From: Geosiphon pyriformis uo1
Taxonomy: Eukaryota > Fungi > Glomeromycota
NCBI GenBank assembly: GCA_016748015.1
Contig: JAAOMT010000003.1
Coordinates: forward strand, 190,373-254,372
DNA length: 64,000 nucleotides
Reading direction: 5' to 3'
Shown here: positions 39,607-51,527 of the stretch, in pieces
Layout: the number at the start of each line of letters is the position of its first letter
Numbering within the stretch: the stretch's first letter is position 1
Made by a program: the position numbers and the translations under genes
Notes under the pieces: generated by a model
The model's database searches: none
What the model was told of the DNA's origin: nothing
What the model saw: only the letters and a program-made list of their open reading frames with translations

Positions 39607-42600
39607 TAAGTGATTTGATTTAAAAGATAGCTATGTGTAATGTTTGGGGCATTAATGTTTCTATCAAGCAAAAAGATGTTATTTGTTGGCATAAGGATAT
39701 GAGCAACTTGATTTTGATCTTTACTGAAACTAAATTGAAGAATAAAATCCGTCTGTGGATTGCTGACAAATTTGAAAGTGTCTATGTGTTCACTTCTAAA
39801 TTGAATTCTGGGTATTTGGGTGCTGGTGTTGTGGTTGTCATAGACTTTTTTTTGGCAAAACATGTGTGCAAGATTTCTGAGGTATCTGGTCGGCTTCTAT
39901 TCATTAGATTGCTTTTCAAAAATAAACTTTCTGTGTCTGTTTTGGGGCTGTATGCTGGTGCTTTATCTGCAGCTCAGTTTTCACAGACTGGAGAAATCAA
40001 CTTTTTTGTTGCAAAAGTTGCTAATAGATCTTCTTTTGTCATTCTTGGTGGTGACTTTAATGAAAATGGTTTGAAAAGAAGTGCTAGTTTTAAGAAGTGT
40101 GTCAGTTTGGGGCTGGTCAATTTTATGGTGGGTAGTTTGGTTATGAAGAGTCTTACATGAAAGAATTCAATGGGTGTAGAAAAAACAATAGATTTTGTAT
40201 TGGTTTTGTCAAATTTGGTCAGTGCAATAGTTGATTACAATGTTATGGATATTTGCGATTATTTTGACACTGATTATTGAGCTGTTTCTGTATTTGTGAG
40301 TCTGAATGGTTTGTTGGACACTCAGTTGAACTTTCTTCACAGGCAAGCAAATAAGGATCACTGGAAGTTTGATTTTAAAGGTGCTGATGATGCAAAGTGG
40401 AGTGAGTTTAAAGAAGCTACAGCAGCCAATGCTGCCATGCTCTCTGATGGTTTTATCACTTCCACACAATTCTTGGACTTGGATGTAATGTAAAACACAA
40501 TTTGCAAAATTATGATGCTATTAGCTAACAAAATATTTAAGAAGAAATTGTCTAAAAATTATAATGGTGTTTTTACCAAAAAATCTTCTAAGTTTCATAA
40601 GCTGGAGCTTTTGGTCTCAAAAATTGCTAAGGCCTCTCATAAGGAAGATATTGATAGGTTTGCTCTTTTTATGGAATGCTGGAATTTTTTAGACAATATT
40701 AAGACTTCAATTGTGCAGAAAATTGTGACCTTTAGTGCAGGTTTTGATCATGTGTGCTCGGTTCTTTTCAGTATATGAAAGACATATTATGCCTTCAAGC
40801 TTGCTGAGTCTTTGCAAGCTGAAGAGTTGTGAATAAGGTCAGCTGTTAATAGTTAAATGGAAAATTTTGCAACCAACAAAGGTAGTACAATCAGAAGCAT
40901 ACTGGAGTACTCTTTTCAAAAGATGGTTTTGGACTATTTGGTAGTTAAAGATAAACTGATTCTGGAGCCAGACCTAGTTAAGATCAATATTGATATGATT
41001 ATGGAAGGTTGAACCAGAAAGCATAATGTGGTGGGAGATTTTTCTGATGATTGGTCACATTAATATTAGTCTTTGGAGTACGTTTTTGATGATGTTTTTT
41101 CAAATGTAATGTGTTTAGTTAATTTTAATAAGCTACTTAGAGTGGTTTCTAATCTGCCTGATGGCAAAGCTGTTGATCTTTCTAGGGTGTCAAATGAGCT
41201 TTGGAAGCATTGCAACAAATTGGTCTTGAATATGCTTTTGGTGCTTTTAAACTCCTGTTTATCTAGTGAGTTAATGCTTAATGCTTAAAAAGAAGCTTGG
41301 GTCTTGATGATTCCTAAACCATATAAGTAGGAAGAAGTTTTTATAAACACCAGACCTATTGCTTTGATCGAGACTGCCCCCAAAATCTTTTCTAAGATTC
41401 TCTCAGACAGGATTTCTTTGGCATGCAGCTCTTTTGATGTTTTATATGGGGACAATTTCTCGGTTCTTAAGAGTATGACAATGCAATCTCCCATTTTTGC
41501 CGTTGGTTCTGTTATTAAGGATGCTTTGGAAAAAAACCATAAACTCTGGTTGGTCTTGCAGAACATGCAAAAGACCTATAACTTTGTTGGTTGAAAGCAT
41601 CTTAAGAACAGTTTGGTCAGAATAAAGATGTGCAACAAGTTCATTAGATTTTTTGGTGGTATTTATAATGGCTGTATTAATAAAGTAATGACAGATTTTA
41701 GCTTAATGAATGAATATCAAGTACACAATGATTTGGATTAAAGGGAAGTGATTTCACCACTTCTTTGGCATATATTTTATGATTCTTTTTTGTGTGAAGT
41801 TAAAAGACAGGAAAGCATATATGGATATAAGATGAACTCTTATTTTGTTATCAGAACTGGTCATTTGGAATCTCAAGCTAGATTGACATCTTTTTTTGCT
41901 GCTAGTGCTTTTGTTAATGACACAATCTGAATTGGTAGCAGCCAAACTGCAACCCAACATATTTTCAATATTGTTAGTGAATTTTTTCAAATCAATAATA
42001 TTTTTATTAACAATAACAAAACTGTGACAATTTTTATTAATTGCAAAGTGGCAAGTCTTAATTTGTCTATTAGTGGTTTGCCTATTTTCATTGCCAAGAA
42101 AGGAGAGTCTCATCACTACCTGAGAATTTTTTTGTTGACTAAGGATTTGTCGAGGTCTAGCCTGACTAAGGCAGATGCTGATGTCAAATTTTTTGCCAAT
42201 CTGGTTCTAAGAAAGACCATTTCTGATAAGCAGTTTTTGTATCTTGTGTCAGCAGTTCTACACCCCATTGTCAGCTACAGGAGACAGTTTAGTTTTGTTC
42301 CTATCAGTATATGTAATAAGTAAGATTCTTTGATTTGCAGAGGCTTAAAGCTAAAGTCTGGTCTACCTCTTAATTTTCCCAATAATGTGCTTTGTCATCT
42401 ATCATTGTATGACTTGAAAACTTTTAAGCAAGTCCAAGCTGAAAGCAAAGTAGCTTCTATTGTGTGCTTTGCAAACTCTGTTGGGATTTTGGGTCATTTG
42501 TTTTTATACAAATTTCATGACTTGCAGGTTCTGTCTTGGAGCCTACTTCATTTTTTGGCATCCCCAATTTGTATCAGAGTTAGTGCTTCTAATAATTTTT

Positions 42601-44271
42601 TGGCAAGTGTGGTTTATATTTTTCTTGGGTGCAGTCTGTCTCTGGGTGGTCAAGTGACCAATTTTTTCTGTTTTCATAGTAGTACTTCTATGTCATCTGT
42701 TCTTGACAGGTCTGATTACTTTGGATTTTTTTCATCCCTTTAGAGATATGGTATTGCTTTTGTTGAACAACTTCACTATAAGAGTGGAGCTGTTTTTAAT
42801 TGGAGAACATTCAAGCATTGGAAAAGACTGGACCCGCGTGGCTCTATTCTTGAATAGTTTAGGCTTTTTATTGACTTTCTTGATAGTATAGCCTCTTCCC
42901 CTGCTCATTTTTTGCCTGTAGTTGGTATTGAGCATTTGGATATTTTGGAATCTAGTAAGTTTAAACTGATTTGTAACTGGTTGCTGAGTCTTAAAACTGA
43001 CAGCATTTCTGTTTATATGGATGAATCTCTGAAGGGCTTAGTGAGTATTGACATAAGAGCTGGTGCTGTGGTTTTTTTTGAAGATATAAGCTTGGGTTTG
43101 GGGGTTAGAGTTTCTGATTTGATGTTTTCTACTTTGGCTAAATTGCAGACTATTACATTGGCTTTTGAGTGTGTTCTTTCTAATAGCTTAGTTGGTGTCT
43201 ATTCGGACAGTCAGGCTGCCTTGAATGCTTGCAAATCAGAATTAGGTATAGTTTATCCAGATTTTAGAAATTGCTATTGGGTTGAGCATCAGCACATTGT
43301 AAACATTATTAAAAAAAAGGATTTAAGTATTAGCTGGCACAAGGTATAGGGTTATTTAGGTGTCATGGGCAATGGACTTGCTGATGCAGTGTCTCTTTTT
43401 CCCTGGTGTCTTGTTCTATATGTGAAAGAATTTTATATTTTAGCTAATGGGAATGTTGTTTTTGGTAATTCTAGACATTTTGTTTGTGAAGTCTTTCAGT
43501 CTATTCATTGTGCATGCTGAGAGGTCAGTTTGGGTTCTAAGGTTTTGGATAACAGTCTGCATTTGAACATTGATTGGTTTAGCTTATCATTGGTGTGGCA
43601 TTCAGACTTGCACATGGCTGCTGGCTTTACTAGTAAATTCACGGCTGATTTCACACATATTTCATGAAAGCTTTACACTATTAGCTGCTGGTCACTGTTC
43701 AGAAGCAATTGTATAACAGATGCTATTCCAGTGTGCTGTGTTTGTATTGTGACAAGGTTGAGGTTTCTGACTATGTCTTTTCTTGCGTGATAAATAATTC
43801 TGCTTATTGTCATTTGTTGGATGCTTACACTGTTGTTTGGAGTCTTTTTCCTGGTCTTTCTACTTCCTCTTCAAGTGTTTCTCAATTTTTGTCTTTCTGT
43901 GCTTCAAATGTCACAGTTTGTATGGCTCTTTGCAAAGGCTTTGTTTTTAAGAATTGGCTTCAGAAAGCTGTGTTTGTCTTTGGAGATGCCAAAATAGCTG
44001 GTCAGAAGATTGTGGAGTTTGTGTATAACTTATATCTTGCCTTTAGGGATGAGATTTGGTTGGTCTGTGCTAAGTATTGTGCTTGCATAGAGAAAAGTGG
44101 AATGATACCTTGGCTTTAGTTTCAATTTCAGGACTGCCTGCATTGCTTTCTGCAAGTGTTGTTAGATTGCTGAGTATTGCTGAGGCAATTGGTGTTGGTT
44201 TTGGTTTCTATAAATCTTGTTTGTTTTTCACAGGTGTTGAAGACTCAGTCTTGGTACATATAGATGTTTAG
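39607..44271 (+). pseudogene. LINE ORF2: APE endonuclease - reverse transcriptase - RNase H - Cys-rich C-terminus, disrupted
   Basis: APE motifs CNVWGIN, IFTETKL, GGDFN, TIDFV. RT motifs RPIAL, LVLQNMQK, *REVISPLLW, AFVNDT. RNase H motifs VYMDESL, VYSDSQAAL, ISWHKV. C-terminal CLYC...FSC. Many in-frame stops, frameshifts near 43660 and 44115. Confidence 0.9.
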
Positions 44272-44414
44272 TGTGGTTCTGATTGGCCTAAGTGGCTGGT
44301 CATATGTAGAAAATACATGATTTATGTCTAGTTTAGATCAATTAATTAATGTATTGTACTAAGTAGTGTTTGGACCTCGCTCATGAAATGTAAAAAAAAA
44401 AAAAAAATTGACAC

Positions 44415-47400
44415 AATATATTATTATTTTATAATTGTATATAGTATTACTAAATATGATTTCTATCATTTTTTTGAATTTCTGTCAATAACAAAAACAC
44501 TTCAGAAATATAAAAACTAAAATATTAACACTTAACTGGAAAAAAATAAATTTAAAAAAATATGATTATATGATTTATTATAACTTTTTTGCCAATAATT
44601 TTGTAAAAAAATTGTACATTGTACATTGTATATTTATGTTAATACATTTACATATTGTTTTTTAAACAGTTTGTATTTTTATTTATATTAATTATTTTAA
44701 AATAAAAACATAATAAACTATTATAATAAAACTAAACTATAACTCTTGTTAATTTGCTTAAAAAGCTAAAAACAGATCTAACCCTTTTTTTATATCTCTA
44801 TTTTCTTAATTTTTTATTAATTTATCTTAGAATATTTCAGAATAATTTGAGAAATCTCATAATATTTCACATGTTTTTAACATTATTTTTTTTAAATAAT
44901 ATCTTTCAAATAAAACAGATTTGCTAAAATACCAAGTATAGAAGTTTGTAACCCAATTTTGAAAAATTTACAATATTAACTGTCTTTTCCAAATAGCTTT
45001 AAAGATAGAATAGCCTTTTTAAGTAACAAAATAATTAAGCTGTTTGCTAACTTTTTTTGAATCTAAAATCTTATTATTTTTGAATTTGGTATTATTTTTA
45101 AACTGAATAAATAAGAAAAAAATTTTTTTATGTAATCAAAAATAGTTATTATTAAGATAATAAACAATAAACTAATTTAAACAATTTTTAAAAATGCTAT
45201 TTATTAAATATTAAAACATATTAAATGTATTTATTCAACTAAATACATAATCAAATACTTAAAATAGCTATAACATATTTAAAACTCTGTTTTTTTTGTT
45301 TTCTCTACATATATATATTAAATTATAAACATTTTAATAATCAATAAATTTAAAATTAGAAGCAATAAATAATAATTTTTATATAATCAAATAAGACTTA
45401 ATAATTAATACAAAGTTTAAAAAATTTATTAATTATCTATTTAAATTAATCCAAAATTTAAAACTTTTTTTCTTTTTTATTTTCATAATAATAACTAAAA
45501 TAAAAAATAAAAAAGTTGTACTTTTTTTATTTTTTTTATTACTTAAAACAATTGATGATTTTTTTATAAGTAATGTACTAATAGCTGTAAGAACTATTTA
45601 ATAATATTTTATAAAAACAGCTACTTTAAATTATATAATAGTTTATTAATTTGTTGTTTTTTTAAAACCATTATTTTTTTTTAATTAAGAATTTTATTAT
45701 AGTTTTTGTTTTTTTTAAGAATTTCAAAGTATTTAATAATTAAATTACTTTTTTTTATTTTTTTTTTATGAAAAATAAAACTTTAATTTTTTTGTTATTT
45801 TTAATATTTTTACTAGTTTTATAATATTAATATCAATTATAGTGTTTAGCTTTATTATAATAATAAATAAATAAATTTTTCTGTTTAAAACAATAACAAC
45901 AAAAACATATTAACTAATCTTAATTTAAATTAATTTTTAACTGTATCTCTTAATATATTAATCTTTAATCAATTTTTACCAATTTTAAAAGCAAAAAAAA
46001 ACATGTTACTATATATGTTTTTATTTAATTAAATTTTTAAATTACTTGATTTTAAAAATTAAACTAATTAAATAAAAACAAAATCAATTTTATTTTTGTT
46101 TTTTAGTATTTTTTCTAAAAATATTTAAAAAACAATCATTAATTATCAAAGATTTATTAAATAAGTAATTTTTATTCTAATATTTGATACTTTTTTTATT
46201 ATTGAATTGTAAAATTTATGGTAATTTTCGAGTTTTTTTTTTACTGTTATTGTTTTATGTAATATGTTTTTAAATATATTTATAACTAATATAAAATAAT
46301 TTTTAGTATTTTTTTCTTATGAATTAATAAAAATTGTCTTTTTTTGAAAAATATTTAAAACCAAATTGGTTAATTTTTTTTTGGCTGCATAGTTTTTGAA
46401 ATTAGAAAATTAATTATTTAGATTAATAATTATACTTTTTTTATTTTTTGCTTTTTTAACTCTGTTTAATATTTGTAATATATTATTATTATTTTTAATT
46501 TAAAAACTAATTTAAATATTATTATTGTTAAAATTAATATATTAAAAAAATATTGTATTTAATAAAAATTTTTTGAATATTAATACTGTTTTAAATATTA
46601 AAATACAAATTATTTGACTGTAAATTGTAAGATATTTTATTTTCTTAAAGTTTTTATCTAAATTTTTAATTTTTTTTAAGGTTTTTAAATTTTATTATAT
46701 TAATACTAAATTTTATGCTATAGTTTCTGTTTTACTGGTTTTTTTTGTTGTTATTTTTTTGTTGTTTTTGTTGTTGTTAAGTTTTTGGTTGGTTTTTAGT
46801 TGGTTTTTTTGAAATTTAAATTAGTTGTATTAATTTTATTTATTATTAAACTTATTAGTTTTTTGATTGTTTTGGTAATTAATTGGCTTAATACTTTTTT
46901 GCTTTATTTAATAACTTAATTAACATAATTAAAACTGTTTAAAGCAAAATTTTTGTTTTTGGTAAAGCTTTAAATAATATAATCCAAAAAATAATTAAGA
47001 TTAAAATAAAATATAGTATTAATATTAATATTATAAATATTTTTAATAATACTATAAACAAAAATACATTTTTTTAGTTAATAATTCTTTAAAAACATTA
47101 ATTATTTAGTGTTAAGTCAAATACAAATAAAACTATTAGATAAATAAATAATATAATTGTAAGTAATAATATATTAATTATTTATATGCATAAAATGTTT
47201 TTTTAAAATAGGTTTTTTTAAAATCAATATAATTTAGTTTAAACTAAACTTATGTCTAATTACATATAAAAAGTATATAAATTGTATCTAATTTAGATTA
47301 TTTAATTTAATATATTATATTAGATAGTAATTAAACTTATATATTAAAAAAAAATTATATTTAATTATATATATTAGACAGTAATATTATTTATATATTT

Positions 47401-49371
47401 ATTTTATTTTTAAAATAAGTTATTTATATAATTATTGATTTATTTGTTAACTTAATTAATAATCGAATTATTAATATAATTATTAACTTAATTATAGATT
47501 TTTTTAAAATTTATAAATAAGAACTCTTAAAACTTTAAAAAATTATTTCAGATTAAAATATTTTTTAATTATAAAATCAATATAATAATATTAACTCTTT
47601 TATTTTTTTTCTTAATTGTATATTATTAGCTTTTGTAAAACATATTGAATTAATATTTATTGAAAAATACAAATAATATTTGTTTTATTTTGGTATTTAT
47701 TAACATATTATTTTAATTTGTAATAATATTATAATATAAATTTTTAATAATTTTTATTTTAAAAAAACAAATATTAAAACTTATATTCAATATTTTTAAA
47801 AACAATAAATTAATTATTAGTTATATAGAATACTGTTTATTAACAATTAAAATATTATGTAAGTTTATAAACACTTTATTAATAAAGTAAAAAATTTTTG
47901 CAAAATTAATTAATGTTTTTATAATAATACTAAAACTTGATTTAAAAATCTGAATTTTAATAATATGATTAAAACTTAATTTTAGTTTTTTTTGAAACTA
48001 GAATAAAAACTTAATAAAAATTTAATTTAAAATTGAAATTTAAGTTAAAACTAAAATAAAAATAAAAAGCTTATTAACCGAATTTTAAATACTTAAAATG
48101 AAATTAAAATATTTAAATACATAATTCTTATTATAAACCAAATTATTTTTGGTAAAATTACAATAATTTTATTAATTAGCTTGATAAAACATTAATAAAA
48201 AATATAATAATGCTTTAAAATATAAACAAAAATTATTAATTTAATAATAAAATTTTTAACTTTTATAACTAATCGTATTAATTAAATTATACTATTATAT
48301 AAATAATAAAAAAGTTTTAAGTTAATAAATTTTTATAAATATACATTGTTTAAAAATTTGATTATTATAACAAATTAAATTATTAATAGTTTTATAAGTG
48401 TTATAATAATTAATAATAATAATAACAAATCTTAAATATTCTTACAAAAACCAAATTAAAACCAATTAATATTGCATATTAACTAATAGAACTAAATGAT
48501 ATAAATAGCAGCAAATTGGTTTTTTTAATAAAAATAACATAATTAATTAACAAAAATTTGAGCTTTATTTGTATTTCAAAAATTGGTTCAAATTTTTTAA
48601 AAAATCTTAAAACAATAAAAAAATGGTTTAATTAAAGATAAAAATTATACGAAACAGTATTTGTAAAAAAACTGTCATAAGTTTAACTTAATTAAAATTA
48701 TTTAAATAAGAATAAAAATATAATTATATAACAAGTTAAATCTAATCAATAAAATTTTTAATTTTTTAAACAACCTATTTTTAGATTTAAATATCATAAT
48801 TTAGAATAAAGAAATTTAAACATATTATAAATATGCAAAGATTTTTTAATCAAAAGTCTTTTTTAAAAAATAAATAAATAAAATTTTTTTTATAGTTATA
48901 GAAAATATCAATTATTTTGATTTTTTTTATTTATCAATTTTTTATATACAACAATTTTTTATATCTTTTAATTATAATTTTCTTTTTTTTTGATTTGTAT
49001 ATTATTAATATTTACTACAAAATACAAATAACATTTTTTATTGAATTTTAAAAACACTAATTAAAACATAAAACTAAATTAACTGTGTTATTTTTGTTAA
49101 TATTATAAACTATTCTTTTATTTTCAAATTTTTTAAAAAAAATAATAACTAAGATATTTATAAAACTGATTTTACATATTGTTATTTGTTAATTTTTTAC
49201 AATTGGTGTTGATTTGCTTAAAAAATTGAAAACAGATTTAATTTTTTTCTTATATTTATATATTTTTAATTTTTTACTAATTATTTTACAAAATATTTAG
49301 AACAATTTAGAAAATTTCTTAATGTTTTACATATTCATAAAATAAATAATACAATATAAAAAAACTTTTTT

Positions 49372-49408
<37 letters not shown>

Positions 49409-49800
49409 TAATTATTATTATTATTTTTTAAATTTTATGTTTTTTTATTTAATTATTATTCAATTATTATTTTTCTATTAATTACATTTTAATTATTTTT
49501 TAAAAAATCATTTGAAATTTTTACACATAATTATTAAAAAACCAATTTTTGTTATGATTTATTTACTTTAATTTTTGTATTGTTCATTTTAATATTATCT
49601 TTACTATTAAATATATATAAAAATATAATATTTTTAGTAAATATATAAAATAACTTAAAGTTGGAATTAATTAAATAATTTAATTATATATATTATCAAT
49701 AAAAAATATAAACAAAACAATTTATTTGATTTAAAAGCTTTGCATTTATTATTTAAATTTTACGATTAATATGGTATCAAGATTTTTTATATCATTTATA
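44415..49800. mobile_element. Extremely AT-rich block of nested fossil repeats
   Basis: Very low G+C, no ORFs in the track; contains a decayed LINE 3' end (47241-47354) and a diverged ~135-bp direct repeat (44747-44880 / 49207-49340). Confidence 0.6.
47241..47354 (+). mobile_element. Decayed copy of the LINE 3' end with residual poly(A)
   Basis: ctaattacatataaaaagtatataaattgtatctaatttagattatttaatttaatatattatattagatagtaattaaactt aligns with LINE ~44296-44377 ctggtcatatgtagaaaatacatgatttatgtctagtttagatcaattaattaatgtattgtactaagtagtgtttggacct, and is followed by an A run. Confidence 0.7.
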
Positions 49801-50873
49801 GTAAAAATAAAATCATATTATGTTATTTTCAAGGAAATTAATTTATTATTGTAATTTAATTTAATGTAATATTAATCAACTAAATTTTCAGGGTTAATTA
49901 TTTCACTTTTTCAAAATAGTTTATTTTTGATAAAAGATGTTGTATTAAACCAGTTTTTTTTGACTATTTTCATTATAGTTTTACTAAAGTAAAAACTTTG
50001 CAAGCTAAAGATTCACATAATAGTGAGGAAAAAAATAAAACGCCAATAAATATTACGCTAGCCTTATTCCAATTCTAGCCGATATTTTGTAAAAGCTTTT
50101 TTGCTCATCACGAAGGATGTCTGAAACAATCCACTATATAGGTTGCTTATATTGTTGTGGCTTTGTGAATATTCTGACTTTATTGAATTCAACTATATTC
50201 CAGATCACGGGCTCTTTTATAGTGTTTTATGGCTTTCCACACTCATTCCATATTTTTTTTAACACTAAGCAACTATTTATGTTCCTTGGATGCATTAAAT
50301 TTGACAAATATATCAACTTTTCGCTCGACCATTGCTTTCAGTTCTTTAAATTCTCGTCCAAGTCGAATATTGAAAATTAGTACTTCCCAACCAAAGCGAT
50401 TGCTATGTTTGGACATCCTTAATCGATGAGGTTGGATTCTTTTAAGTCTCTCAATTTTTTGGTCTAAAAAATTCATTCATCAATTATGTGTGATCATTGA
50501 TAACCAGCAAAAGTCTCAGCTGATAGGATGAATTGAGGTTCCTTATCCATGATATGATTTTTGGTCTTTAAAAAATGGTGACAAAAATGACTAATCAATA
50601 TATTGGCTTGTGGACTATTTAAGATTCTTTATGAATATAACAAAAGTTTTTTAGACTGGCAGCTAAATTGAAAAATTTCAAGCTAAACTTAATAAAAAAC
50701 CTATACTTAAAAGTTCATGGAAATTAAAATTAAAAATATCTTCAGTTAATTGGAGATTCCTATTCAGAACAGATATCGTTCTTTATGTTTTCCTTTAGAT
50801 TCAATGTTTGCGATTGCTTTTTTATAGATCATCATTAGACCAATTCCAAGAGATATAGAGCTGGCATAAAGTT

Positions 50874-51527
50874 TTACACCCATCGAAAATTTTGAAACAT
50901 TTCTCCCAGTTCTTCTTTCCACTCAGTATCGATTGGTTGTACCCCGGATGATTTTTTATACCAGACTATCGCCTCATGTAAATCTTTTGGGGTTCCAAAA
51001 TTCAATCTATAACATCGAGCAAGACAGAATTTCGCGTTGGTAATACCTGCTTCGGCGGATCTTTTGTACCAATAAAATGCCCTTTGATAATCGACTTCTG
51101 CGCCAAGTCCCCACATATAGCAATGAGCTAGATTATACATCCCAACATAATTGTTCCCTTGAGCTGACCTTGAATGCCAATGAATTGCTTCTTGATTATT
51201 CAACTCAGTTCCAAATGGTTCTGAACAACACCATCCAAGTTGTGTTTGACCCAGTGCATCACCATACTCAGCAGAAATTTTGTACCATTTCAACATTTCT
51301 TGTTGGTTAAATTGAGTGCCGATTGCATAGTGATAGCAAATCCCAACGATGCAGGCAAATTCATGATTTTCTTCGGCTAAACTTCGTAGTTGCTGAAAAA
51401 GAGTTTCTGCTTCAATTTTCTGCGCTTCACACCAGTCGTTTAAACATTTTATCAAGAGTGCATCATCTCCACCAGGGTCTATTACACTATAAAAATTTCT
51501 AAGCAAGCCTTTATAACCAAGTTCCAT
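50874..51527 (-). CDS. Sel1-like repeat protein, 217 aa, intronless
   Basis: About four SLR units, e.g. YNLAHCYMWGLGAEVDYQRAFYWYKRSAEAG and FCLARCYRLNFGTPKDLHEAIVWYKKS. Confidence 0.92.
   Translation of the reverse strand: MELGYKGLLRNFYSVIDPGGDDALLIKCLNDWCEAQKIEAETLFQQLRSLAEENHEFACIVGICYHYAIGTQFNQQEMLKWYKISAEYGDALGQTQLGWCCSEPFGTELNNQEAIHWHSRSAQGNNYVGMYNLAHCYMWGLGAEVDYQRAFYWYKRSAEAGITNAKFCLARCYRLNFGTPKDLHEAIVWYKKSSGVQPIDTEWKEELGEMFQNFRWV

Larger units (their letters stand above)
37604..44401 (+). mobile_element. Full-length, inactivated non-LTR retrotransposon (LINE), ~6.8 kb, with poly(A) tail and 13-bp TSD
   Basis: AAAAAATTGACAC occurs at 37591-37603 and 44402-44414; the poly(A) run starts at 44392; two ORF remnants carry LINE domains; composition changes sharply at both ends. 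Confidence 0.93.

Noticed and set aside
37791-42935. Minus-strand and alternate-frame ORFs within the LINE
   Set aside because: Shadows of ORF1/ORF2 with no independent motifs.
38130-43680. Alternative genetic code or stop readthrough to explain in-frame stops in the LINE
   Set aside because: All three stop codons occur, host genes use the standard code, and frameshifts and catalytic substitutions show the element is dead.
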